This document shows, piece by piece, positions 10,443 through 23,793 of a stretch of DNA of 64,000 bases. The position numbers and the translations under genes are program-made. Source of the DNA: Paraphysomonas bandaiensis (Eukaryota; Protista; Chrysophyceae). The stretch lies in the NCBI GenBank assembly GCA_965644295.1, contig CBFFRP010000204.1:1-64000 (forward strand), written 5' to 3'. Numbering within the stretch: position 1 is the stretch's first letter; each line of letters opens with the position of its first letter. The notes under the pieces were generated by a model. It had not been told where the DNA came from. It ran no database searches and saw only the letters and a program-made list of their open reading frames with translations.

Positions 10443-10894
10443 TCCTTTCTTCTCCATGATGATATCTTCCCTTCGTGGCTTTTTGTAAGTGTGGTGTGGA
10501 ACCTCCAACAACGAAGAGGGTATGTGAAGAGAATGAACCGATATTTTCTGTCCTTTGTAGGCCAAGTGGCTGAAGAGACAAGTTTATGTAAAGTTTGCCT
10601 GCTGTGATGGAGTACTCCAGATATTGAATTCGTTCTTGCGATACGTTTTGTACTTGTCGATAGCTTTAATTGTTTTCATTTTTATTTAGTCCACTAGGAG
10701 TGGTATGTACTCCTTTCCAGTTGTTGATTTTTACTTAATTTGTAAGCAATTAAAAGCTGTATTTAAGGTTTTTGAAATGTGACCGTTAATTCAATAATAC
10801 AGTAGTTTTCGAATATAATATTATATGAATTTAATGACACGCTATGATCTGATTATATTAATCTGATATTAGACAATCTGATTTTATTAATTGA

Positions 10895-12490
10895 TTATTT
10901 AACAACGCGCAATAAGGAGGCTATGTCGTCCCGCTCTCAAAATGTTTCAACGAGAGCTAAATGCCCGAATACTCCTTATCACTAGGTTAAATTGTAGCTT
11001 AATCTCATGATGTTGAAAACATATTATTAGATTATCCCCTCTTTGTCTCAAAAAGCTTTTTTTGACCTGATTTGGGCTCAGCAGAGCGCTCATATCACCA
11101 CCGGGCAAATATAGACATTCAACTTCAATATACGGTTCAACAGAAGCTCACTTCTATCTTCATTATGATAATGACAGTCGAATGTGAGAAATCGAAATAG
11201 GATTTCCCAACGGATGACGACAACAGCTATTCAAGGTAAGTCGATAGCTTGGCATTAAAGAACAGTAAAAAAGAGCCGTTTCAGATTCACCGGGCAAATA
11301 TAGACATTCAACTTCAATATACGGTTCAACAGAAGCTCACTTCTATCTTAATTATGATATCGGCAGTTATATGTATGCGATTTCATTATATTTTACACTA
11401 TTGTAGAGAAATCACAGTGATGAGCCAACTATCCAAAGCTGATCATCAAACACTCCAAGTTGTATTCCATCCTTTGACTGCTGTAGAAGATCATAATGAT
11501 GTCAGTACAAGCGATCTATCTTCATCACAACAAGTAAAAAAAAGGTGTTTCCTGATTAGAGCATTAAGAAAACAAAAATGAGAATTCATATTGTTTCAAG
11601 TGAATATAGTATGTATGCTGGCTGTGTATGCTTTGGGAATATAGCAATTGCACTATAGATAAACTCAAACAATAAACCCTCAAATTTTATATAGAATAGC
11701 TATAACAAATGCACTCCTACCACAGAAGGATACTGAGTGAATATAGCAAGTGCGAGAAATTGAAATTCTTACATAAGTGTGTGTGATGATGAATGTGACA
11801 GTTGTAGTCGCACGGAAGGCTTTTTATTGCTTTAATTAGTATCATCATCATAATATTTATATGCACCTGCCTTAACCTCTACTAATGCACCTGATTGAAT
11901 GATGTGAGTATGACATGAGGCACACAATATCCTGATAAGCACAATGCAACCCGAACCCTCAAAGAACTGGGTGCCACTGACCTTTACGACCTATACAGCA
12001 TCAGATATGGCACTTAAACTCTCCTGAAACATTCTGAAGTTGTTTCGAAGTCAACTGGATGTCACTGCCCTTTACGACCTATACAGCATCCGATATGGCA
12101 CTTAAACTCTCCTGAAACATTCTTGAAGTAGTTTCGAAGTCCTGGTTATGAAGATAGATCGCTTGTACTGACATCATTATGATCTTCTACAGCAGTCAAA
12201 GGATGGAATACAACTTGGAGTGTTTGATGATCAGCTTTGGATAGTTGGCTCATCACTGTGATTTCTCTACAATAGTGTAAAATATAATGAAATCGCATAC
12301 ATATAACTGCCGATATCATAATTAAGATAGAAGTGAGCTTCTGTTGAACCGTATATTGAAGTTGAATGTCTATATTTGCCCGGTGTATCTGAAACGGCTC
12401 TTTTTTACTGTTCTTTAATGCCAAGCTATCGACTTACCTTGAATAGCTGTTGTCGTCATCCGTTGGGAAATCCTATTTCGATTTCTCACA
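10895..12490. repeat. Rearranged, partly inverted copies of an ~850-bp non-coding dispersed element
   Basis: ~11183-11525 and ~12146-12490 are near-perfect inverted copies; 11100-11170 duplicates 11290-11360; 10895-11033 is the reverse complement of the element end at 63340-63500. Confidence 0.88.
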
Positions 12491-12994
12491 TAGTCTATTG
12501 GAATTTCAGAGCTTATTTTGCTTTCTAATATAAATCTTTGTTTTTGTAGTTACGCGAATTAGTAATTCTTAAGATTAGCATCTCCAGGGCACTCATCAAC
12601 CCAACCAATGGTTAGAAACCTGAATCCTAACCCTAACTAACCGAACACGAACACCGAACTCAAACCTTAACAAATAATTCCATCAATACATTGTGTATGC
12701 AGTACTTTTAAAAACTGCTGAGTTCTTTCAAACATTTCTAAGTAACAATAGTCAATACCATCATACATAAGATACTTCTTCAAAATGACAACTATACAAT
12801 CCCATAAAACTCTAGGGTCTATAAACAAAATCTAAGACACACCATCAGAAATAATCATCCAATTTAGGATCTATTTCACATATCGCATTCAGAACTCTAA
12901 ATTAGATTTGTAGCATGTACAATAGATATGCACTAATCAGGAGACAGTTAAAACCATTGTTGGCCACTCCATCTAGTCATGCGTTTCATCCCAT

Positions 12995-14327
12995 CTATTT
13001 AACAGTTGAATCATAGCTACTTTTACTCTCACTGTCCTGATCTTCATCCGAATCGCTGAATAGCTTTTCAGGTATACTTGGGTCACGCCACGACAGCACA
13101 CCACAAAGCGCATGCATTACTGACTTATGGTGAGAATTATCTCGCTCGGAACCAAGCAAGCACAGGTCCCATACTCGTACAGAGTTGTCATGAGAAGCAC
13201 TGAGAATGAAGGGTCGCGGATTCAGAGTGCCACAAACACTCTTTACAGAAGTGCTGTGTCCGCAGAGATCAAAGGCAAGCTCGCCAGTTTCAATATTATA
13301 CACCCGGATGCGGCCATCGCTAAGCCCCACACATAGTCCCACTGAAGGGGTGTTGAACGTGCCGACAGAGCATACTTGACAGTCAGGATCAAGTATGGTG
13401 TACATAAGGTTTCCAGATATAAGATCCGATACATGAACAGAGTGATCAAAGCTTCCTGAGGCCACTAGTGGTCGATCACGTCGTCCAACGCATACGGAAA
13501 ACACAGGGCCGCTATGGCGCTGCAGTCGACGGCACACAACAAGTGTTTCCAGGTTCCACACTACCACACTCCCATCCATACATCCAGCCAGAATTACTGC
13601 CGGCCGTGTTTCATCCGCAAACGTATCCATTGCACGGTACACACATAGACAAAGCACATCGCACTCGCAATCATCCAGACTCGTAATCAGCTCACCCGTT
13701 TCCAGCAACCAGACGAAGACTTTAGACTTAGAGGCGGAGACTACCACAGGCTTCATCCCTTCGTGCACACACACAGCCCGCACAGGGCCTTCATGATGGT
13801 GTAAGCCGAGCTCGTGAATTTGCATTCCAGTTTGAAGTTCCCATACCTAATCAGACAAGCCGTTACTGTGTAATTGTCGATCATACAATCCCATTTGCCT
13901 TGACTAAACCGTCATGAGACCCGGACACGACCACCGGCAGTGTGAGCGACTCATCCATAGGCTGAGATATAGCAACGGAGTAAACAACAGACGTGTGACC
14001 ATCAATTGTAAAGAGCTTCTTGCCTAGCTCAATGTCGAATATTACCAATGAAGGTCCGCTGCTGCCAGACACTGCGACCATCCTCATCCTCAAGTCATCG
14101 TCGTATTGAGTTCGCAGTAAAATTGGAGTATAATCTGCACAAACACTAACAGAATTAATCCAAGATCTGTGATAGGACAATGTGCGGCAAGGGAGGTGGT
14201 AACGGTCAGGAATAGTTACTCGAGTTATTTTAGCCAAGCGAGATTTGTGGACAAGTTTTTGGACATCCGTAACAACTTGCTCCCTTGAAAAATCCGCATG
14301 TTTGCGGCGACGCTGAGCACGCATCAT
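12995..14327 (-). CDS. WD40-repeat protein (2 exons)
   Basis: SGSHDG, GCMDGSVVVWN, SGSFDHSV, SASHDNSVRVWD; intron 13847-13898 restores DGLVK|VWEL. Confidence 0.9.
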
Positions 14328-14636
14328 TAGAGCGAGCGAATGATGCTACAATATTATGATGAGAGGGTCGCATCACGTGAACATAACGCACTCTCAGAGA
14401 TGAGCCGCAGTAGGAATATGTGTATACTGTAAGGTATACCTGGTATACCTGTGCAGCGTGCAGCAGTATGATGATGAAATACTCTGTACAGCAGCTGTAT
14501 CTGGGGATTATACGTATAGCATGGTATACAGTATCATATACTGTACCATGTAGCTACGTGCCTACATCAGCTCTCTTCTCCTTCACCGCACCCGACACAG
14601 ACACTCCTACTTCTATTGGTGTCGCTGGTGTCAGCT

Positions 14637-17424
14637 ATGAGAGTTGTGTCATGTGCTTTAGTTCTGTTTTTATCGCACTGTCTCTCTGTTGAGCATTCAG
14701 ATGGATCGCATCATCAGCCCTCAGAGGAAGAGCTCTGGCGTGTAATTGAAGATGATGACAGTCATTTTCCAGCCACAGCCCTCGCAATCCGAACCCTTCA
14801 ACACCTTCTATCTACATCTCATAGCACGAGAGGACAAGATGACAAGTATCGATTCGACAAAGCGATGAAACACTTCACTCTTCAGGTGAAAGCTGAGTTG
14901 AAGAAAGGGGAAGAGTTCATTGAGAAGGGATTGCTCGCTAATGCCTCCGACACTTATTATCATTTACTCCAGCATGCTGGAGAGTTGATGGATGACGCAT
15001 CTGTGCGTATGTGCAACGCTCGACTTGGTCATGCTCTGTTCCGACAGGCGCTCGTAGGCAATGTATCGTGGCAAGTGCTTGATGATCACTACTCGAATAT
15101 GTCGTCTACAACTGGTTTGGGGAATTTAAATAGCATCGAGTATTCGTTGAGCATGGCTCACGCCAATGTAGTTAACAAGGCTGTGGAGGAGTCTGGAATA
15201 GATCCAATAATGGTGATGCAACCTGTACCCTATGTCCTGAGGTTTTCAATGCCGCAATATGCACAGACGCCCTCTATTGGCCATTTCGGGCATGTAAGCA
15301 CAGTCCAATGCAATATTAAAATATTAAAATATTTTGTACACGTAGGCAGTGCTTGACGGTCTTTGGCCTTTTGCTCGTGCCTATGCGTTAGGGTCATTTC
15401 AACGGTGCCGTGAAGGCGCCAGTATATACGTTTTAGACATCGGGCTCTACATCCTTCCACTTCTGCGGACAGTGTTCCCATCAATTGACTTCCACCCCTT
15501 CCACTCCCTCAGTTCTCTGCCATTGAAGTATGAAACTGTTGACCTTCACGGCCCGGGTATGGTGAGATTCCAAGAACTACCTGATATTACAGACGACAAT
15601 CCTTTCCATTATGCACCTGTTGTACGTAAGGTAGTCTTCGATCAGTTAGGATTGAAGCCACAAGGACAGTGTGTAGTTCTTCTATCAAGATCCGTTTCTT
15701 CAGCACATCTTGCATCTTTTCACGCGAAACATCGTTTAGACATGAGCCGCGAGGCTCCTGGTTTGCGGCAGTTTCATTGGACAGGGGACGCAGTATACAC
15801 TGCGATGCACTATAGCCCAACCACTGCGCAGGAACGACGCGCTATTTCTAATGAACAGTCCCTATTCCGTCATATAGTGAGGATTTTTAATAGAAAATTT
15901 GGAGCTTGCGTTCAACTCGTGCAACTCGACAAGCTCTCAGTGCGTGACCAAGTAGAAGTGTTTGCCAAGGCCCGCATGGTAGTTGCGCAACATGGTGCGG
16001 GTTTGTCTCTGGCACCCTTCATGCCCAGCGATGGGGTAGTGTTGGAACTGGTTCCACACATAAACCCAAACTTTCAGCTGGCATGTGTAGCAGCCGGTGT
16101 AAAACATGTATTTGTTGATTTACAGGAGTATCGGGAGATATACAGTGCCGGCGACGGACGATTCATCGAAGTTTCGGAGAAAGGGCTATTACGATTGATG
16201 GCCCAACACTTGCAGGGGTGGACACCGCCCATTCTGGGAAAAGTATACAATGGTACAGCAGAACCCTCTTTGGAGACATCCTCTGTGCCTTCTGCTGGAT
16301 TTTCTTCCACAGTGACATGCTCTGCATCAGAAGCACCAACATCATTGCTGGTTATTCCAGAGGTTGCTTACATTGAAATCATGCTAAAGAAGCATATTCC
16401 CTTCCTATGGGTTGACAGCGGGTTTGAAGGAATCTCTGAGGAGGATGGCGGTAGCAACCCGTGGGCTCGGCGAGGGCGCACGGAGTGGGAAGCCTCTATG
16501 CGACGCGTGGTATACGACCAGGGAATTGACGTTCCGCAGAAGATCATGGCATCCCCGACTAATGTGTTTGACTTCTACGATACATTTGTGTATGATGTAA
16601 TAAATCTAAATCCTGGTGAATATTCTCCGGCTATCGCAGTGAACAAGGAGAGTTTAGACGATTATTCCCGCAGATATGGACCATTTTCTAAACACTCTCT
16701 GGCGTTTGTACATTTCGGGAACAGAACTGTTGTATCAGGTATTCCTAGTTTCCAAGCCGTGCAGCGTCAGGTGCAAGGCCCGCCTAATGTACCGTACATC
16801 GGATTTCGTCTTATGGACCACAGCGTGAACCTAAGGCACAAACAACCAATAGTAGCCAGTGGGGAGTCATACTATATGCGCATTAGCGCGGACGAGGGAA
16901 CCCCTTTCTACGATCTTTATGCCCCCTTCATAATGCCTGCTGCTTTTAACAAATATCGCAGCTTTGACTTTAGTGGCGAAATAGCACACACTCCCGGAGG
17001 ATATGCGGATCCTACCTACAAACCTGGAAAATACTCGTACGGTAGCCCCCGTCGGAGGCATAACATAGTTAGCAATGTGAACAGGGTGAGTGTATTTTTC
17101 TCTGAGAAACATGCATTCACAAACCTACACTACGATCAAGTTGGAGAGGGGGCTGTAGTATGTCAACTTAAGGGATCTAAGCGAGTCCAACTCTGGCCAC
17201 CCGGCAATGAAAATATGAATGTTTTCGTGCCTAAGAGCCACCCACACTCTAGACGTAGCGCATTTAATGGTCGCAACCCGCAGGCTTCCTCACACCTTCT
17301 GGCGATGCGAAAGGCTTACGATCTGACGGTAGAAGAAGGTATGTGTGTGTACATTCCGGCGATGTGGTGGCATTGTGTGGAGAGTTTGGACAATGATACG
17401 ATATCAGTTAGATTTTCGATATAG
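14637..17424 (+). CDS. Secretory protein: signal peptide, helical region, GT61-like glycosyltransferase, JmjC/cupin-8 dioxygenase
   Basis: Hydrophobic N-terminus MRVVSCALVLFLSHCLS. Intron 15294-15345 gives HFGH|AVLDGLWP. GT61 motif RRAISNE...LSVRDQVEVFAKARMVVAQHGAGLS; JmjC TNLHYD...GSKRVQLWPP...YIPAMWWHCVES. Confidence 0.85.
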
Positions 17425-18326
17425 AATCGTACATATATTTCACTCAGCCGCATTGAAGTGTTACTTATTATCGTACTGAACTTTAGCGGAATCGCAATGT
17501 ATCATTTTTTCTTTTTTGTACTGCTGGTGTGTTGTTACTGTCTGTAAGTTTCGTATTTATACGTAATCGTTTCAAAAACTGATATGATGACGTACTACTT
17601 CTGAGATATATGTTGACACTATTGAGCTTGAAGCAATACGAAGCCTTCATTGTAATTAATATTACTTGCGCTGTTATATCTATATTCTATATATCTCTCT
17701 CTATATAAAAGTATTTGTAATGTCTTGATATTATTGAGATGGCTTAACTAGCTCTACGAGTCCATGTAGTTCATCGTAAAGAAGGCAACACCAGTTCTGG
17801 TATGAACTGTGAAGTATAGAAGGGTACACACTTGTGTGAGAGCGCTTTAGCATACTCTCCTTGTCTTTTAATGGTCTCACGGAAGGAAAAAAGAGAATTC
17901 CGTAGAAATATGGGATTTCATGTTGTAATTGTTCGAATTGGACATTTCACTGAAGTTAACTTTGTTCTACACGTAAACCTTAACCTTGCTCTGTTGAACA
18001 CAACGCACTTTCAAGTAAGAAGTTATAATTATTATTCTGAACACTTCACTACATATTCGTGTAACATATGTTGAAACATTTGTTCTTAGCAACATCTGTT
18101 TATCATATGTTCATCAGTCAGTTCTATATCTTGTATAGTCACACATCAGTAACTGAATTTAATTCCTTTGTAACTATAATCACCCGTTACACCTATGAGT
18201 TGACTTTACCTATTGCAACACTGTTAACTCACTTCAATTGCACAATATATATCACATCATATTGCAGAACTCAACACTCCCACTTAATTGGATGTAGTTA
18301 ACCATTCTAAAATTTGTGAAGAACAT

Positions 18327-20852
18327 TGCTATCGGATACGCAACCACCGAACCTCCTAGGACACTGGTGGACGTATGACTCCGCTGGTATAGCTAGCTCC
18401 CACCATTCATTCACCTCTAACTAGTTACGACAAACTCTCTTTACCTTGGGTACCTCTGCGATAATTTGTGCAGTAGTCTTAAATTTTTCCCCAAGATTTC
18501 GCTCCCTCTGCTCAATGAATATTGGACCACACAAAGCCTTGGTATATATGTATATATATCAGCCATCTGTTGTCGACTGCTCACATAAATTAATTTCGCT
18601 GTATTATTAAACTGTTCGGGATCCACATGCTCTCTAATCATATGATACTTAATCTCAATATGTTTCGATCGTTGATGTTGCACTGGATTTTCCGATATAT
18701 CCTGAGCACTTTGACTCAAGGAATAATGGTGTGGGCTCGTCAATTTTCAACCCTACTTCTCCAGTCACCCCCCGAGACCATATCATTTCCTGTAATCCAT
18801 TATATAAGCATTGATACTCTGCTTGCATAGTCGATGTAGCTACAGTAGACTGAAGTTTGGAACCCCACGATAGTGGTCCACCAGCTCCAAACATAACATA
18901 ACCTGAAGTTGATCTCCTCGTCAACGGGTCACCCGCCCAGTCAGCATCCGTGAACATATGAAGATCAAAATCTTTCCCTCTATATTGAATGCCTTTTTCC
19001 GTAGTACCTCGTACATACTGCATTAAATGTATCATTAGTTTACATACAGTGATATTCACTTTCGTTGAGAATCGTGACAAATTATACTCCCACTGCATAT
19101 GATATATCCGGCCTTGTATTCATAGATAAATAGAGTAACGCTCCTATTAGTGGACGATAGGGAAAATTGTAAACTAATTCCTGCTCTTCAGTCGAATGCA
19201 CATGTTCCACTCCCACTTTGATCCTATCCATGACATCACTAGGTAGTGGGTATCGCCGAGTCTTGTCCCTTGGACCCAGAAAATCCACATACGTCGCCAA
19301 TATCTTTTTGATGTGTGCACTGTCTGGTCAAGTTTGAGACAATTCGGAGTTTCGTCACTCTCACGTACAAAAACTGGCCAATCTCATTCATATCTGTAAC
19401 ATCGAACCTTTCACATACTCGTCGCTTAATTTCCAAAATAATACTCGTATCTCGACATGCTATCAGCATATCATCTACATATATTACTAACAGAACGAAT
19501 TCACCCCTGATCCGTGTAAAATATAAACATGGGTTAAGTATACATGATATAAAATGCAAGGACTTAATAAACTTATTAAGACATTTATACCATGACCGTG
19601 GTGAGCTTCGAAGACCATATAAACTTTTCTTCAGTTTAAAGCAGTGTCCTGGTGGTAATTTAAAATCTGGTGTAGCATACATATACACATCTCCTTGTAT
19701 ATATCTGCATACAAAAATGCATTAGATACGTCGAGTTGATGCACCACCATATTCATAACAAAAGCGATAGCTAAAAGCAATCTCACTGTTACCGCTTTTA
19801 CCACTGGAGCATAATTGTTGGCTCTAACACCTTCATGGTCTCCGCATCCAAGTACCACAAGTCTTGCCTTATATCGTTGAATCGCACCCTCTTTGTTGCG
19901 TTTCAAGGCGAAAACATACTTAGATTTCAATGGAGTGGCACCGGTAGGGGTAGGCTTTTAAATTCCATGACTCCCCTACACGTTCTAAACCGTCACGTTC
20001 AGCTTGTCTTGCTGAACTCCATTGCTTCCGTTCCGGCAACTCCAAGGATTCGGAATATGTCTGAGGCACCTTAGGTCCCGCTGACGAGCACCAGATGGAA
20101 TCTGCCTCCTGTAATAGGCTGCGCTCGTCTTCGACACATGACGACAATAAATGCATCTCACCCAAAACTGACACATTCGTCACCACCCTTGGAGCCCTTG
20201 CACGCCTGCCCCTTGATGAGCGATCTGGTGGAGCTTCCTCTCCCGGAGCACTTACGAAGTCAGAATGGGATGGAACCGTCCCAGTCAACTGCTGTAATAA
20301 ATGTCCGCTGGTCCCGTCTTCACGAGATCCAGAACTTGCAGATACTCTTGTTGCAAGGTCTTCACTCATCCGCTGTATATCGGCGATGTGAATAGGAGTC
20401 TTATCTTCCACTTGCTCCGCACCACCAGACAATAGGGATCTATACCCAACAATCAAACCATTTCGAACCAATATTCGTGTGGTCTTGTATAGGTGGCCGC
20501 CATCTTCATGGGTCTTTCCGATTAAGTAATCGAAGTCTCTAATATTTCTTTCCTGAGGATCCACAGCAACCATGGCCTCGTCCATTTCTCGATAATAATC
20601 CGCCGATCTCTCAGGCACAGATTCATCGAATAAAACATGCACAGACGTAACTATAGTATATCTCCAATCAATACTTGGTATCCCATTTGCTCCTCTGGGA
20701 ACCCTACAAAGAATCCAGTCTGTGCTTTTTCTTCCCAGTCTTTCCTGCGATCTGCTTTCGGGATGAGAACGTACGCCTTGCACCCCTATTTCCGAAACCA
20801 AGAGAAATCTGGTACCTTTCCTCCAGGAACACACTCGTAGGGTGACATCCAC
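18327..20852 (-). mobile_element. Degenerate Ty1/Copia LTR retrotransposon (integrase C-terminus, RT, RNase H, possible short 3' LTR ~18327-18432)
   Basis: YKARLV, HQLDVSNAF, LKKSLYGLRSSPRSWY, IYVDDML, TRPDISYAV, FTDADWAGD..TRRSTSG, RSKHIEIKYH across frameshifted ORFs. LTR limits tentative. Confidence 0.93.
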
Positions 20853-21329
20853 CCTCTATAGGTCTTTGTGGGTAATCTCCTAGGTCGCCTAAAACATGTC
20901 TCAGTTAACATCTATTGACGAAGGTAATAAAGCTCAACTTACGCAGAGGAGTTTTACTGCTGAAATGTATAAGTTTCTCATGCGTGTGCTTTGAAGAAGT
21001 TTCTTCGTTTGTTGGAGGAAGATTTTACTCCCTTGCCTGACGATCCTGCCGAGTATTCGATTATGGAAGACCGCAGTCCTGATCCCTTATATCGGACATT
21101 GAATGCTCTTACTTGTCCAGATACACTGGATGAAATGATTCAAATCGTTACTAATATTCGCCGCAAGAGAATGGATATTTTAAACGAGCAGCAGCATGTG
21201 GCGGCTCGAACAGCCGAACTGGAGACTTCACGGAATCATGACCATCTCACTGAAACCAATTCATTTCCGTCGGCTGATTTAACACTTCTTCCTGCATCGT
21301 CTGTTTTTACTTAGTGTAGCAAAATTGGG

Positions 21330-21899
21330 TATGACAAGTATGGGTGATTTAGGAGGTTGTTATGTCTGAAGAGTAAGATGAAGTGATGTAGGTTGTAGTA
21401 TGAGATGAGATGTAGATGGTAGATAAGATTAGATTAGAAGATACGAGTATTAAGGCCAGATATAGGGTTGGAGTGTACCGTGACTATCCGTATATACGGA
21501 TGTAACGGACGTTTATGGTAACCCGTACAGTGTTATGATGGTATACGTAGGTATTCTGTAGGATGATATAGGAGTAGATAGCAGGATGTTAAGGGATTTC
21601 TATATGATTATTTCTGGAAGTAGAAAACTAGCTATTTATGGCTGGGAAACCACTTCTAGAATTAACTATATGGGAATATAGGTAGAAGGATATGGAGTTT
21701 TAGATATAATAGTGAAAGTTGATATCGTAGTTGAGTTGAAAGTTAAGAAGTAGCGAAGTAAAGAGTAAGAAGAGGAAGTTAAGTGAAGAGTGTTGTGAGA
21801 AGACTATCCTACCCTACATCACCTGTGCACATGGACAGGGATGATAAGACCAGCAATGTTAGTCATGATAGCGAGGTTCAATCACCCGTAGTCGTTACA
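21330..21899 (+). repeat. Putative LTR (ends ...GTCGTTACA) following an ORF remnant at 20991-21314
   Basis: Purine-skewed block ending in the canonical CA; start not resolved. Confidence 0.4.
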
Positions 21900-22163
21900 T
21901 TAGTAATATTTTTTACCATCTGTTCCTTAGTAATTTCTTAGTTTGTTCCATTTCTTACATTAACTAACATTCGATACTTAGTAACACTTACATTCGACAC
22001 TTAGTAACACATTATTAAGTATTATATATAGCAGAACTCCAAAATATATCTGGACTTCACATTACATGATGGTATTCAATTGCAGTTAAGTGCGTAAATA
22101 AGAAAAATGAATACACGACTTGTGATATAATAATTATTATACTTCAAATCTTACATTTAATAA

Positions 22164-22800
22164 TCAAATTAGTCTGTCCGTACTCATATCGACTTCCTTT
22201 TTATCCGGACACACTTCATACGATTTGTGTTTGCATACATATCCGAAAAAATTAACTTTCTTAAAACCAAGCCAGCTCTTAGCCATTTTCAACTTGATGT
22301 TTCTCTCCAGACATCTGTCAATAACTCGTTCCAACTTATCATAAGCATCCTGGGGATCGTTGGCTAGTATTAGCATATTATCAAAGATAACGATAGCCCA
22401 GTCTGAAAAATCGGCAAATATCTCCCGAACAACCTCTTGCAGTACACCAGTAGCAGGCGCTATACCCTCTGGCATGAAATTAGGTGCAAACTGTCCCCAT
22501 GGCGTTTGAATGGACAATTTTTCGGAAGTTTCCTCATCTAAAGGTATTTGATGAAACGCATTTGTAAGATCTATATCCAAATAATATGGAAAATTAATGA
22601 TCTTGTCAAGTTCATGTTTGACATTGGGAATAGTGTAGTTTCCCACATGCATATATATGATCATTTATCTTAACGTAGTCCCCAATCGAATATAAGGAGG
22701 TGTAGCCTTGGGCGCTACTACAAGACAAGAAGCCCATGGCGATCTACTCTTCCGGTAAAAATACCCACACAGACGACGAAATTCTTTCTCTGATGCTTCC
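22164..22800 (-). pseudogene. Ty3/Gypsy reverse transcriptase fragment
   Basis: SPWASCLVVAPK, DIDLTNAFHQIPL, TPWGQF..FMPEGI, IVIFDNML, KLKMAKS..GF..VNFFGY. Confidence 0.9.
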
Positions 22801-22846
22801 CATTATGCACAAACCAGACTTGCGGGTTTGCTCCCAACAAAATATA

Positions 22847-23277
22847 TAATAAGGTGTGAGTAAACACTTATTATTACTGTTAAATCACCCAACACGGTCA
22901 ACGATATCCGCTAGATAACGCCGCGCAGTATTCCCTCTAAGAATAAAGATCGCTGTTAAGACAGTGTCAAGTAACTTAAAACAATGACATGCAAGGAATA
23001 ACATATAGAATGGTACGCATCTACAGAATGAACCAAGTTCATTTTATATCACACACACCACACCGCATGCATTCTTGCATACACCGTGTATACCACACGT
23101 ATTATGACAATAAAACAAAACTGAATAACAGCGTATGAAACTGAATAACTGCGCATAAAACTGAAACTACCTACATAGCATAAAACTGAAATAAAACCAT
23201 AGTGATAAAACTGAAAAACAGCTAACTAAAATGAGTAACGTAATACCGTATTCGCTGATAGTCTACTGCTCTTATCA
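22847..23277 (-). repeat. Putative LTR (~430 bp)
   Basis: Minus strand begins TGATAAG after purine-rich TTAGGGAG and ends CTTAT(T)A; internal degenerate AAAACTGAA repeats at 23117-23220. Confidence 0.5.
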
Positions 23278-23793
23278 TACTCCCTAAACTCATATAAAAC
23301 TTATTGCATCTTTACTCTCTCTATATATTCCTCTTTAAGCCACACGCTTGCCATAATAGCCACCCACTATGCCTGCTTAGCAGCATCACCATGCATAGCG
23401 TCTATAGCATGCTCTTGAATGGTCCTAACTCCTGCTCATCTCCATATCCAGAGCACCATTAAGTCGGAGGAAGGCGATGACCAGGTCAAATGGTCAAAAC
23501 CAGGCCAAATAAGCTATTACCTAAAAAATTGTATTTTATGTGTCTAGATTCTTTCTAACATGTTTGTAGCTTGTTTCTACTGCTCAAAACATTATATTTG
23601 TTCATTATTTACAAAATAAAATTAGCGATACAAGCATTATAATTACCAAAATATATAACTATTAACTATAATATATATTATACATATAACAATATTCAAC
23701 AGTTAAATCATAATATATATATAGTTAATAAAGCGTTTGAGAATTACTCAAACATACGAGCAGTACAACTAATCCAGGATACAAACAACATGA

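Noticed and set aside
11249-12424. Twin ORFs MALKNSKKEPFQ... on opposite strands
   Set aside because: By-product of the inverted repeat; TTG start, and the frame is not conserved in the copy at 62.7 kb.
12615-12670. Telomere-like AACCCT repeats (also ~54698-54712)
   Set aside because: Only 1-2 exact units in degenerate sequence; not a telomere or a convincing interstitial array.
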